Position numbers and translations under genes: made by a program. From the human T2T-CHM13v2.0 reference genome, Homo sapiens: a stretch of DNA of 64,000 nucleotides. A model generated the notes under the pieces. It was given only the letters and a program-made list of their open reading frames with translations, did not search any database and was not told where the DNA came from. Below are positions 47,871 to 61,967 of this stretch, one piece after another. Within the stretch, counting starts at the first letter, position 1, and every line of letters starts with the position of its first letter. Location of the stretch: NCBI RefSeq assembly GCF_009914755.1, contig NC_060937.1, one strand, 5' to 3'.

Positions 47871-50769
47871 TGTAAATTCAGAGAGGTTTGAATTCACACC
47901 AGCAAGGCCAAATTTTCAGTTATATTCACATTGAAGTATGATTGTGTGTGTATAAATTTAATGGTGAATGAATTTAAGGATATGTAAAATCATTTTATGA
48001 CTTTTTTCCTGTAATAAACCAAATGTATATCACATATAAAATAATTTGTCACAATTGGTTATGAGAATATTCAATTAAAAGAAAGTATATGTAATCTCAT
48101 TAAGTATAAAAATATTGTAATTTTACTTACAATCACACAATAGTATGTTGTAGAAAACTTTTACTGTGTTAGGGTTTCAGGGTAAAAATTTTTACTACTG
48201 TTGTTGGGTATTATTTTTCAGAATTAGGTCAATGAAAACCAAACTAATCATGAAATTCGAGGTGAAAAAAACTGATTCAAACAGAAGAATCACAAGGTTC
48301 ATAAAAAACAGTGTTTGAATTTAAGAATTTAAATGGGATTGTAATATTATTTGAAAAATCACTGTAATTCAATATATTTGCAAATATGTGAACCTTAAGT
48401 AGGTGGCATTGAATGAGTCCAAAAATAATTGTGTTGTACAAGTGCTGTTAGGAACACAGTCATAAGGTATAAAGAAAAAATGAGAATAAAAATGGAAGGC
48501 TTTTTATTTAAAAATAATAGATTTTTTACTATAAAGCTTCAAGAACAAAGTAATAGGTTAAGATAACAAAAATACGGAAAGAACTCATTTCAATATGGTG
48601 CACTGTTTAAGAATTCTAAGAAATAAAAAATGCATATGTAGAGGTAGAAATTATGCTCCGTATTTTATGTTGAAATATACATAGTGGTATAACAGAAAAT
48701 TGATACCTTTGGAATACACATTAATTTATACTTTCAGTGAACTAAAATATGAATAAGATATTATTTTGATAACCATGTTTTACAAGTACATATTATACCT
48801 TATAAAATACTATAATATTAAGATACTAATTTTATGTTTTTTAAACAGTGCAAAGTCTGGCTGATATCTACTAAAATTTAGATTAGTAGCTGTGAAAGCA
48901 TAAGAAAAGTGTATAGAGGATTTATTATGTGATCACTGTGCCTTTAAGAACACTGGAAGAATTTTTAAGCACTCTCTCTCAAAAGAACAAATAAAGGAGC
49001 TTCCTTTAGGGAGGGAAGATCAGCTCTATTTAAAACAAAGCAGAACAATGAAGCATTTTTAGACTCACAACACCACTCCTCCTTTTCATAGGTTGGTTTG
49101 CCCTCATGCAAAGTAACACCCTGGCATCTACATTAAAATTGAAATTGACAAGGCATCCCTTTCATCCCTTACTGCCAAAACTCCTCATTAATAATAATTA
49201 ACCATCCCTGGCCTCTATCCAACAGTTTAATAAATACTGGAACAACTCTGGGCCTCAGCTGCATTTGTAGCTTTAGCCACGGAATGGGAATGATGGGATT
49301 CTGAATGAGATTCACTGAACAGCATCAGTGCAGCAAAATGACTACTCAATTGTCTGTTAATGAATACCCATTATTTAAATATATATTTATGTTAGAGTAT
49401 GTGTAGAAATACTCATTCAAATAGGTCATATTCAGGTTTATAAAGTTAATTTCTGTATGTGCCTTCAAAGATTGTTAGTGTATAGCATCATAATATTTGA
49501 TAATTTTTATAACAATCATCCTTTTATACATTTCATATAGGTATGCTCTCTTAGGTAATGTAAATAACTTTTATTTCCTGGTAAATGGTGACTCTTATGT
49601 CCAATGTCAACACCATAAAGCAATATAGATGATACTTAAGGAATGGTCATTGCAAATGTACTGTTTTATTTACTTGATGGGTAAATTCTTCAGTTTGGTT
49701 TGTGATGTTATTACTCTTAAAATTACCCAGAGCATATAACCAAATGTCTTCATAAGACTATATATTGTTGTATTTATTAGAAGAAATGTGGTAGGAATGG
49801 GAAAGGTGAATGCCTTTTTCAAACTTCCAGTTTATTCATGGAGAGAATATGAGATTAGTTTCTCTCTCTTTACTCTTCAAGGCAGAGGTGAATGACTTAC
49901 CTGATTGGTGAAAAATAGAGAAAGGAACTGTGCAGGCATAGATTTTAATTTCTGTTTTTCAGAATGTCCTCTTTTCAGGATTCATTCCCTGTCTGTATCT
50001 TGGGGCAGTCTCTACTCCTGTGAGGGAAAAGAGGGTGGTGCTGCAGTGTACCTCAGACTAGAGGACAGGTCTAGCTTATTAGGAATGAATGGTTAGGATG
50101 TCATATCCGGACAATGGTCCAGGCAAATAACTTTAACACTATGCCTCTGACTCCCAAATCCTATTTCATAATCCTCCAAAAAGCTCTAGGGCTTGAAGAG
50201 TCAGGCTTACTTACCTAGCCCAAAACTCCAGCATGAGTGAACATTGATGCAGTTGCTCTAGGGTGAGCATACACACATGGCATATGTTTGAGTGTGTCTT
50301 CTTATCCTTGATAGCTTTCTGTGCCTATTTTCCTAAACTGAAAGAAATACAGATGAAGTTTGACTCTGGGTTTAAGGCCATAATCCCAGAATGATCTTCT
50401 GCCTTGGCCAATGAAAGTTTGTTCCATGAAATCTTATTAAAGAGACAAAGAATAAAAAAATAACCTTACTAACTAGTGCTACCAGCACAGTTTCTGACTT
50501 GGGATTTCACTGATGAAATTTGCATGAATCTTGACCAGAAAGTCAATGAACTTTCTCCATGAATTTCCCTAAAGAATAGTTTTGAAGACCATTAGGGTAA
50601 TTGAACACTTATCTTGGTACTCACATTTTCAAAGGATAGGTATTAAACCCCAATGAATCTTCCTTAATTTCTAAATAAATGTTAAATTTTATCAACATAT
50701 ATTTACCCAACAATTAGAAGTATAAATAACCAATTTGGATGTTGACTAAGAATTAACACACTGCAATCA

Positions 50770-52588
50770 GGAATTCAGAACATTTATTGCAAGAGCTGAA
50801 TAATTGTAAATAACGTAGAACTGGCAAAGCAGTAACAAGGATAATTGTTTAGATATTTATTCTGTCAAAGTCATCAAACACCCCTCACAAACCGACAAAA
50901 ATGTACTTCAATAAGCAATGCACCCCTACCCATTATTTTCCATTATACTGTGGAAAAATGTGAACTGCTATTTACAAAGTAATTTTATTTTTTGGTAAGA
51001 ACAAATTAACTATCAGATTAGCAAACCTTTTTTTTAAATTTTTTGTTTTTTTTTTGTTTTTTTTACTTTTAAATTGATGGTGAACCGTGGCATTAAGATA
51101 ACTTCCACTTCTTTCAATAAAGACATTTTGTTGCATGCTATTTATTTGTTTAAATCATCTGTCATGCCTTAACAAAAACCTCCTAAGAATGTTCGAATTT
51201 GGATTTGTTTGCACGTGCAACTGAGATCTTATTAACATTAGTTGTCACTTTATTGGTTTGACCTAAGTGACAATATGCTGGTACCTGCCAGGCATTGACC
51301 AACTATGATAACAAACAGTTAAACAGCAATAATTAGAGATTTATCCCTTTATTTCCCCCAACTACCCTACCTGGAGAATGTTCTGTTACATCATGAAGGC
51401 ACAACACATTAAATATTTTGTGGCTATGGTCTAATAACACTTGTGTTACAACAACATTATTGTATATGAGGATCAACACAGACTCTGCCATTTCAACAAA
51501 GTTGTAGACACACATTTGCCCAATTGAAACTATTTTTGAATAGTGATTTTTCTTCCATATATGCTAATTTTGATACATTAGTTTTACATGAGTGACAAGT
51601 ACAGGATATTATATCACTTTTGATGGATAACAGTTTTCCATTACTCTCTCACTTAATGGTACTAATTAAGTGATTTTGCTTTTGCCTACTTTGAAAATAA
51701 GATGATAAAAAATAGGTTCTGAATTTCCAAGCTTTTGCAGAAGTCCTTTTTTGTATAAAGTTTTCATTTTTTCTTTCATCTTTATTGTTTACAGAATTCC
51801 GGCATCATAAGCTATCATATGAGAAGCAAGATTTCAGAACCTTTTTTAAACACAAGTGCTTGAGATTGTTTGAACAATGTGTGTCAAGACAGACTACTAA
51901 CACAGAAACACCTCACTGAAAGAAACAACAAAAATAACAACAAAGAGGTAAATAAAAAGAAGGACAGAAGCAACCATAAAACACAGAATTATGCTACAAC
52001 ATTTTTAGGTGAACATTATAAGTACACAAAAGTTGTTAATAATAGCTTGCTTCTATTTACAAATACTTTAACACTGATTGACTTACAAGTGTCCACTAAC
52101 GTTGTTAACAGCACAATAGGTTTAATGCTTATCTCTTTAAGTTTTGTTTGCAGTATAATGTCAAGTATAGCAGTCCCAGCACAAATCAATGACAAAAAAA
52201 AAAAAAAAAAAAAAAAAAAAGCACAATTTTCTAACTGGATATGTTTTTCAGTCACTCTAATCCATGAAACTTTCTTACTTTCCAAATGCATATTCTATTG
52301 TTCATAGCAGCAGTCCAGGGTCAAAATAAAATGCAATAATAAAAAAAATTTGCACAATGGAGAGATCTCTGGAGAGTGTAATCAATTCTAGTAAACAAAA
52401 TTGCATGGCTAGAACTATCTTCTCTCATATGTTGCAAAAACATTGTATTCTCCATGGTGCTAACACAAAGTTATAGGTATCCCTGCTAGAAGGGGCATAG
52501 TTGTAGAGATCTATTGAATACATAAAGCTCTGACGCACACGGTATTAGCATGTCTATTTAAAGTTATTAGGTCCCATATAGCCTTTTC
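50770..52588 (-). other. PCDH9: PCDH9 3'UTR (~1.8 kb)
   Basis: Repeat-free, U-rich sequence between the stop codon and the poly(A) signal. The end position is inferred. Confidence 0.75.
50783..50788 (-). terminator. PCDH9: Probable distal poly(A) signal of PCDH9
   Basis: AATAAA on the minus strand (tttatt on +), followed ~20 nt later by a GT/T-rich element (gtgtgttaattctt). Confidence 0.7.
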
Positions 52589-52962
52589 TTAGAGTTGGTG
52601 CTCCTTAGGACTCTCAGTAGCACCTCCTGCTTGCTTATAAGACTTCAGATTTGCCAGAGGAATGTCTGTCATGTGGCTGCCATTGTTGAAATGGCCTTCA
52701 TTGGAGCCATACTGCTTACGGTCATTGAACTGGTTCCTGTTGCTGTCTTCTTTCCAGGCTCTGGTCAGGGTGTGCCCATTCACAAGCTTGTCCTTCTTCA
52801 CCCATTCTTTCTGGGGTGCAAAGGTTGAGAGAGGAGATTTGGGGTGTTGATATGGACCCAAGCCAGGAGGCATCCAGCAATTATCAGAGTGACCCAAAAC
52901 CAAGCACTCTTGAGTGCACATCTCTGTAGCTTCAGCTAATCCTCGGGGACCCAAAGGCCCAT
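52589..52962 (-). CDS. PCDH9: Protocadherin-9, last coding exon (cytoplasmic C-terminus)
   Basis: [32 protein letters not shown] (delta-protocadherin CM2)...[10 protein letters not shown]. Acceptor ctctctcttgtcttctgcag|AT at 52963/52962 (phase 1); branch-like TTAAC at 53002-53006. Confidence 0.95.
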
Positions 52963-54359
52963 CTGCAGAAGACAAGAGAGAGAAAATAAGAAAAGGAAGT
53001 GGTTAAAATTTTCAATTAGAATTATCTTAGAGAAAAAGTATGTTATTAGTGATCTTATTTTTTCATAAAAGTGTATCAAGTCAAGCAACTCAAAGATATA
53101 TTTCTCCATCTTTTAAAGATTAACACAAAAGGCATCAAATTTGTTAGGGAGGTAAGATTGATCTATTAATATTTTCCTTCTTAATCCATTATTTAGTTAT
53201 TTAGATCCAAAGACATAGATAGATAAAAAGACAGATATGGGTAAACAGGTATAACCATGATGTATACAGATATAACCATGATGCATACAGATTATTACTA
53301 ATTTATATTCTAAGAAATCCCAGAAAAAAACTCATATTTATGATAAATTATAAAAAGTAGAACAATTTGTATGTGTAATATTAAAGAATATATAAATAAT
53401 ACAACTCCACTAAGTTAAAAAGCAAAATTACCACTTGAAACATAGCATCATTAAAAATAAATACTCTAAATGATTATATAAAATATTGTTTTTTTCTACA
53501 TAAACACCTTATTTTTAAATGAAAATATTTTGTCACATTTTTGAAAAGTTAAATACTCATTTTAAAGAATAACTATTGTATCTTACTAACAACACACCTG
53601 GTCAGCTGCAAACATTCTGAAATCCAAGTAAAGAAGAAGCCATTTGAATCCAGACAGTGTTTAGTTCCCCTGAGCTTAACTATTTTCTAAATTTCTAAGG
53701 TATAAAACTGAAGCTAAATTGCAAATTAAATCACATGGAGTCTAACATTCAGGGGGAAGAAAGTGATCATAGAATTTATCTTCTACTTTTTTCACCAGCA
53801 GGCAATCTAGAACATACATTTTAACCAGGATTTCGAAAGTAAACTATTTTCTGACTGTTTAAAATAGAAATCAGCCCTTTACTAAAAAAACAACATAAGC
53901 CAAATGGTTAAGAAATAAATTGGGTTTCTTTGTTGCTGTTGTCTTACCCCCCTTGATTAAACAGCCACGTGATAGATAAATGATAGCTTGGAAATTAGGA
54001 ATTGATTTTACAAATGAAGTTAAGTGGATAGACAAGAATGCCTGAGGCATAAAGCATTTTCAAATGCAGAGAGTCATCAGAAAAAAAATGCAGAAAAAAG
54101 TAAACATACCTGCAAGTTTGCTTAGTCATCAATTTAAATCGCTCAATAATTGGAATGTAGGTCTTTGCTAAAACCAAAGTTAGCACAACTAATATTTTTA
54201 AACGTCCAATAATTGTGAGCTTTCTATTTGCCTTTATAATATTCTAATTATTTCTTGCATGAGAAAAAAAAATTCCCACCGAGACAGGAAACAGTTGATG
54301 GTAAAGACCAGAGACAGCAAACCACAGGCAACATCAAAATAGATACAGAATGTAGTTTT

Positions 54360-54480
54360 CCTGGGTACAATGTATACTGCTTGGGTGATGGGTGCACTAA
54401 AATCTCAGACCTCACCACTATACAATCATCCACGTAACCAAAAACCACTTGTACCCCAAAAACTATTGATATAAAAAAAT
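54360..54480 (+). mobile_element. Short L1 3'-end fragment (L1PB/L1MA-like)
   Basis: gggtacaatgtatactgcttgggtgatgggtgcactaaaatctcagac...ttgtaccccaaaaactattg. Confidence 0.75.
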
Positions 54481-55864
54481 TGTTTAAAAACAGAACAGAT
54501 ACTAGATGTGAAAAAAGGGGCTGAAATGCACTATTTCATATAAACTCAAAGTTTAGCGATTTTTTTTATATCTAAAAGTCTTCCTTTTAGAATATCCTTA
54601 AAATTACTTCCCATCTGAACCATATTCCCATCCCCTCAAGAGCAAACAGTTTTATTTTGTTTAAACACATATTCATTACTTAAAACTTTTCCTCTCACGT
54701 ACCTCCAATGATTACTCACTTTTTTGGATATTTAATTTAAACTTCTCTATGAGCCTTTCTTTGCCCTCTACAATCTGGCCACATTTTAAAAGTTCAAACT
54801 AATTTCTCACTTTTAGGCTCCCTTAGGTGTACTCAGTGACTCTGCATTCACAAAGCTAACACATTTTGCTTAAACCAATCCACGCTCCCTGCATTAGGAT
54901 CACAGGCTTAGAAGATGCTTTTTGCCGGGCCTGTTTTCATTTAATTACTGACCTCTTCAAGGGTCAGCTTATGTCCCACACACCAAAAGCAAGCTTCCAT
55001 AACTCTACCAATTCATGCTTCATATGCACCTTGATTTCCACAGAGCTTTCTTTATTGATGAATAACAAATTTCCTAATTGAGCTCCCTCAACTCTTACCT
55101 TAATTCCATTTTTTGTTTTTTGGAGGGGGTTCCGTACATTTGCAAGTTTTAATTTTAATTTCCTCCCAACTAGATTGAAAATTGATGGAAAAAAAATGGC
55201 ACATCGGTCTTCTGATTCTTCACAGTGCTAAACAATAGTGGTGATCTACGAACAATGTTAATTGTTAATTAAACTTTTATGAGGTTGAAAATGTTCTGAG
55301 GATTATTAAAGATATCTCCTGCTTAAAGGCAGACCTAAAGTAATTATAATAGAAGACGCTGATTTCACAAATCTTACACCAAATGCTTCCTCAACAGCAA
55401 ATTCCTTTGCCTAGCAATACTTTGTGACAGCTTATAAATGAATAATTTAACTTCTCTGTTAAATATATTTACTCCTTTCTAAACATCAATGGAGTTAATC
55501 ACCAATTTGATATGTAACATATCTTGAAGCCTACAAGCAAACTTTTAATCTTTACATTTCCAGCGTCATTAATAAGTTTTTTATTGTTAAAATCTCCAAA
55601 GAGAAAAAAAATTACTGGCTACCTCAGAAATGTCATTACATCAGGTTTTTATTGAGCTCATCAAAAAAGAGAGGATGTGCAAGGCTATTTTAAAATTAGC
55701 CTTATGCAACACACTCTGCCATCTTATTAATTTAAGACATATCACTCGAAGATTGAGAATGTGTTGTGTGCGCGTTTATAAGAATATGTATACCTTAGGT
55801 TTTCAGCATTGAGTGACACATTTTAAGAAATATAATTTATCCTTTTAAAAAATATTTACAACCA

Positions 55865-55990
55865 ACAACATTTATTTATTCCACGAACATTTACTGAGAA
55901 TGTACTATGTGCTGGCACTGTGATAGGCACCACAACTACAGCCTTGAACAAAACAGATGTCAACACTATCCTCATGAAGCTGGGAGCTAT
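55865..55990 (-). mobile_element. L2 3' end
   Basis: catttactgagaatgtactatgtgctggcactgtgataggcac. Confidence 0.65.
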
Positions 55991-56384
55991 TCTGGGAAAC
56001 ACATAATTGCCTTAAGAGCAGTGAGCTGAGAGGGAAGTAAAAGGTGTCATTAAAATGATCTGGGGGCCGTTAACTGTTTTAGGAACGTTTTTCTCTTTAT
56101 AACTTATCAGATAGACTTTGTGCTAAGGTACATCATTTCTTCTTCAATTTCTTTAAACTTTTTTTTACATAATTGGCATTAAGACATTTACAGTTACAAT
56201 TTTATGTACTGTACAAAATCTTTAACTTGCAAAACATGAGTTTGTTTTCATTAAATAATATTACTTGTTCTTTGTACATTGTACTTCCCATGATTCATTC
56301 CTGTAAGTAAACTTGAAGGATTTTGATAAAGTCTATAAATAAATTTATAGAAGTTTTGTAGATTCATAAGTAAGTCTTTCAGAT

Positions 56385-56825
56385 AACTGGTTGCTGTATA
56401 AATTTTAAAGATCCATCCTCAGGTCAGCCATGCACAATGGCACTCTACATGAAAGGCAGAATTTTTTTGTTGGAGCTCTAAATGGGAGAAGCCTTTCAGG
56501 CAGAGCCATACAAGGGACTGAATCTGGGAACAAGGTAACAACAAACTGGAGCTCTAGGGGACAGTTTATATATGAAAAACTGAGTAGGGTTAGCTAGGGT
56601 TTTAGGGCTCTCTGAGGACTGGCTAATTTGAATAATTTCTCAAGAACCAGGTAAAAACAGCAATGTCAAATTATCTAGTATCAAAGCATTTGCTTAGGGA
56701 GGTTGCTTTGTGACCCAGAAGTGTGAGATCACTAGAAGAGAACTAGAGGAATATGGATTTAGCTGCTCAAGAAGGGGAAACTGACCAGTCTCTAGACCGG
56801 GGCTCAAAACTGAGCCAAGACAGCA
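56385..56825. mobile_element. Probable old LTR (family uncertain)
   Basis: GC-richer ~440-bp block with LTR-like motifs (gactggctaatttgaataatttc); weak recognition. Confidence 0.35.
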
Positions 56826-59267
56826 AAAAATAAAAACAAAAACAAAAACAAAACCTATATACATCAATCAATCCATCAATAATCTGCTTCTCTGCTGTGT
56901 ATCATTACAGTATGAGCTGTATTGTTGGAAAATATAATTTGCTTTATGCTTTAAAAGTTTTTATTTTTAATTTTTGTAGTTACATGGTAGGTGTATGTAT
57001 TTATGGGGTACTTACTTTATGCTTCGGTAAGTTTTTATTTTGGGACATGACATTAAATAGGGAAAAGTTTAATTTGTTTCTTTGGGTCTCTATGTAATTC
57101 CCAGTAATTGCTGTGATATTAAGGAGAAAACAAAACAAAACAAAAAACAAAAGCCCAGTGAGTTTTATCATGGGAAAATAACAATGCTTCCATGTTTTCT
57201 TCCTTAAAGTCAGTGTCATAAATTGGTAAAAAGAAAAAGTATATGTTTTTTCAAAATTCCATGATGAATTATTAAAGGGAATACATTCATTCGACTGGTC
57301 TCCTAAGTCAGTCCCTGCCCTATACATGTTTATAATCTGATATATGCTAATAACTGACTAGTTTCTAACTCATTTTTCTCATTTTTAGAAGTACTGACTG
57401 AGTTTTTATGCTTTTAAAAAGGAGAAAAACATTGTTTTAAAAATGTTATTAAATATTGAAATTTTCCAAAATATGATTGAATATAATCTATAGTTCTCCA
57501 TAAATATACAGGGTTTTAAATCTCAGATGTTTGCTAATACTGCAAAAATTATATGCACTAAACTGTAATCCTTTTTCTTTGATATATTTTTATTATTACT
57601 ATAGGTAATTATATTAATTGATGAATAATATTTGTTTTTCATTCATACAGTCTCTCAAATATTTATTAAAACCTAACATTCATCATATGTATCATTGTAC
57701 TGGATTCTTATTAGATGTTTTCAGATTTTGTTTGTGTGTGAGTGTGGTGTGTTTGTGCATGTGTAATCATGTGCATCTGTGTTTTTTTCTGTTTCTCTAT
57801 TTTTTCATAAATTTTATAATATACTATTTGTGCTACATCATAAAATATATGTGTAGAATCCTGATCAGGATTCCAAACTACTTATAAATACTTTCTATAA
57901 TTTTATCATTACACCAGTTTATTTCCTTTCTTTTAAAATAATTAAAATAATCTATCATAAATTTTTTAAACACTGAAACATTTATTGATTTTTTTTAACT
58001 CAAATTCTTTGTTGCTTTGCACAGTCTTTAATGTCTGAGTTTGGTTATCCTTGGGTTTGGTGTGTATAAAATCACAAGTGCAAATAACACCGTGCAAGCC
58101 ATCTGTCTCTGCATTTAAATTTTGAAAGCAAAAACAAAAGCACATAATGAAAAGCTTCTGGAAAGTTGTTTCAGTTAATATTTATATCAGGTCTCAAAAT
58201 TCATCTTCACACAACTCATCTTCTCGTTAAACACCAAATAAAATATTTTTCAAAGTTTTAGGCATTAGCAGCTCTCAGACAGGTGCCTGAATTACTAACT
58301 TTAAAAGATGCAAGTTTAAAGTGTAAAACAATTCAAGTTAATGGAACTCCAACTATACTTAAGTAGTAGAATACTTGAGTGGTTCTTGATGTCATTTTAC
58401 TATAACCAGAAGCAGAACTGTTACTTCATTGATTAATTCACTGCTGTAATTAAGAAATAGCTTCTGGCCTGTTGACCACCGACCTTTCAATCTCATTATT
58501 TGAAACCCTTTAATACCAAAGCTAGAAACTGGCATTTCTTTAAAAAAGCTATGGGACTTTTTACATTTCTGGTTAGTTTTCATACTGTATGAAATTTTCA
58601 TCTTTTCTATGAATAAATTTTTCTTAGAATTTTTACTGTTAGGTAACATAAGTTTAAACCGACTGCCAAAATTGGTTTGTAAAATAAATAAGTCATTTTC
58701 ATATGATTTAGGATCAAATTCATCACATCTCACTCCATTTTTCATTTTGTTCAATTTTTATTATAGGCAAATTCCTCTTGGATGGAATACACATCTGACT
58801 GTCATGTTATAATATTATTTTTGTAGTAAGAACATACATCACTATTTTTATGCAAAACGTTTGTTCCTAAGTTCCAATTTCACTGTATTTCTCCAAGACT
58901 TTGTGCTATCATGAGTGTCTATTAAGCAAAGACTTGTGCACTCCCAAACACTTTAAAATGAAAGATGCATTCCACTGATTTGGATTTGCTAAAGCAGTTT
59001 CCCTGACATTTAGATATAGTGATGTTTTAAAGAAATTTCCTTTTTATGTAAACTTTTACTCTGTAATTTTGCTTTGCACTTACAGCTATTGATATGCTCA
59101 GCAAAATCTTAATCTTCATACTTGTTCTTTGCCTTAACCAATCTTTCTATAATAAAATTTCGGGGAAACAAATATTCTCATTCATTCATTTGAAGTTAAT
59201 TTTAGTATCTCCAGAATACTAACACAACAAAATTTAGTATTTTTACTAGCTCATTTTATCCCTCAAT

Positions 59268-59270
59268 TTT

Positions 59271-59301
<31 letters not shown>

Positions 59302-59320
59302 GTGTGTGTGTGTGTGTGTT
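59268..59320. repeat. (CT)n(GT)n compound microsatellite
   Basis: Directly visible. Confidence 0.9.
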
Positions 59321-60298
59321 ATTTATTTATTTTTTGAGACAGTGTGTACCAGCATAACTTTTTTTGTGGATTGAATGGAAAGCTAAAACTATAGGTTTAT
59401 GTAAATCTGGAGGGACCTGAAAGAAATGTCAGAGGCAAATTTACTTGATAGACACCCTAATATCCACTATTCTACTCTATGTTCTATATTTATTGAACAG
59501 TTGCTATTAAAAATAAAATCCATTAATTTGCCTCAAATCTAAACATGGTAAAATTAATTTCAAATATGAAAGTTGGCATGAAAACCAGGAAATAGTTCAG
59601 CATTGCCCTCATGCCCTTTGGAGACTGCATTACTATTTCAGACCACTTTATTCTATGCCCACTTTATTCTATGCCCAATCAATACATTTAAATGAATGTC
59701 ATACAATAATAAATAGATGTTTAGTTATTACTCCGCTCTTATTATACAGAAAACCAGCCAGAGGGTGTGAATCTCATTGCCATTGTATTCAGATTTTATA
59801 TGAAATCATATAGAACAGTTATGTGGACAGTCCAAATCCAAAGGTAAATATGACAGATTTGTGTGTACTTTGGGGAGAAATGCTTTCCATTCATTTATTC
59901 AATAATTTCTGATTTAGTTCATGTTAGATTCAAAAGACTATTGTATAGAATATCTAAAATCAGAATCGATAGGAAAATCTCAAGACACAAGATCATTACA
60001 GATAGGCAAACAAATAAATAGATTTTAGCCCTAGTAGAATGATGAATTGGTATGGACTTTAAGAAAGTAAGCTTAGACTCCCTAGCTCCCAGTCTGTTAC
60101 CTATAAATTGAGAGGATAAAAAGGCTAGATTTTGATGCATGCCCTCTATACATTCTTTTATTCCTTAATTAAATATCATTGTGGTTTGTCATCGATACAA
60201 CATGAGAATCAAACTTTCCAATGCTACTTCATTTCAGTAAAGAAAAGCCCAAGAGAGAGCAAAGAAATGATAAATCAATCTATTGTTCAGATAGATTA

Positions 60299-60557
60299 GG
60301 CTAGGCATGGTGGCTCATGCCTGTAATCCCAGCACTTGGAGAAAAGCACGGACAACACGGTGAAACACCGGCTCTACAAAAAATACAAATATTAGCCAGG
60401 CATGGTGTCATGCGCCTGTGGTGCCAGTTACTCAGGGGAACTAAGGTGGAAGGATTGCTTGAGCTGGGAGATTGAGGCTGCAGTGAGCAGTGATCGCACC
60501 ACTGCACTCTAGCCTGGGAGATAGAGCGAGATCCTGCCTCAAAAAAAAAAAAAAAAT
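60299..60557 (+). mobile_element. AluJ-like with an internal left-arm deletion
   Basis: cccagcacttggagaaaagcacggacaacacggtgaaac skips the B-box region. Confidence 0.8.
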
Positions 60558-61967
60558 TACTCTAGTACTGAGGTCACATTTAGATTTTTGAGTGTGAAAT
60601 TATATTTTGAATAACTACGTTTTTAAATGTAAATAAAAATCTAGTGGTTCTATCAGAGTTTTAGATCTGCATTTGTGAATGCATCTGCAGTAACCTTGAG
60701 AAACAAACGCACACGAATCCACACCACCAGGATTGGACAAAACCTCTGGTGAACAAGTAAACAAGGATTAAATGTTTTACACATTTCTCATACAGATTTC
60801 TTCCTTGGTCACAGATGAAAAGTCAACATTTGCAGATGGAGACAGTCCAAATACAATAACACATGGCCACGCCAAGCAGGGAATTCACTGCCAGAGAAGA
60901 TATTGCTATTTGAACAGACTTTATGGCTCACTAAGAATGAAGAGCATTTCCTTGTACATCTTCAGCCTTCTTCTGCAGGGCATGAAAATAAGCTGCCTTT
61001 TTCTCATCTGCTAAAGCTAATTGCTGTAAAGAAAAGTTTCTCTGATAATTTTATGTGCTCTCTATTAGTATTTTACATTGCAATCCATTGAATGACAATA
61101 GTCCAAAGAGACAGACCTTCATTATTCAAACCAACTTTCAATGTTTAAGCAAACTGCTTGATGTGGAACATTGTATTTACCTTATTGCAGATCATATTTA
61201 CTTTCTTCTATAGTTCATCATTTCTTGTATTAGTATTTCACGTTTTTCCTTTCAAAAATTCATTCATATACTGCTATCTCCTGAATTACTCTCCATTTCT
61301 TGCAATTTGCATTGTTTCTCAGACAAACTTGGTAAATCTAATTTGATGTGAAGCACATTTTAAAGTGCAGACTAAGGTGTTAAGCAGTGAAGTAATAATA
61401 CTTTAGAGATTAATTTTCAGGCTGAAGTCCAAGTGAAAAATAAGCCACTTACATAATATTTTGTCCCCTTTAAAAAGTGTTGCAATTGCGAGCCTGAATA
61501 CAGGTCATACACAATAGTAGTACACAATGTTATGAAGCAATTTGCCTTTATACAATTCCACTGTTTCCTATTCCAGGGATATTTAATCAGATGAGAGCAG
61601 GAAAAACTGATGACGTTCATTTTCATGCCTGTGGTCTCTGACAATTTGTACCCAGGACACTAATAATATAACTTCAGCCTTGTTTCTCTCCTAGTCTCTG
61701 GGTTAGCGTTTCCACTTCTCACAATCATCAGAGGTGGTAGAGACTTGCCCCAAGTGATTTTAAGCATTGGATAAATGGGGGAAAATACTTTGCTAAATTA
61801 ATAAGGATTTAAAGACATAATAATTTATATACTTTAAAAGATGTCTGAAAGATTATATTTTAAATGGAATAAAACATCAGATATGGAATCCATGTGATCT
61901 GTAGGTATACGCGTGTGTATTTACACCTGGACTGTCTTACCATCACTTTAAATTAATATATCACAGC

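Noticed and set aside
51870-52307. 145-aa ORF antisense to the PCDH9 3'UTR, or an antisense lncRNA (PCDH9-AS1 recalled near here)
   Set aside because: Non-ATG start, low complexity, and the poly-K comes from the A27 run. No exon structure can be supported from sequence alone, and the A27 run could cause oligo-dT mispriming.
52963-52975. ORF-track start 'MSSA' for the PCDH9 ORF
   Set aside because: Intronic polypyrimidine tract and acceptor sequence; the exon begins at 52962.
59320-59345. Alu at ttttttgagacagtgt
   Set aside because: Only ~10 nt of Alu-like sequence after a T-rich tract; too short to call.
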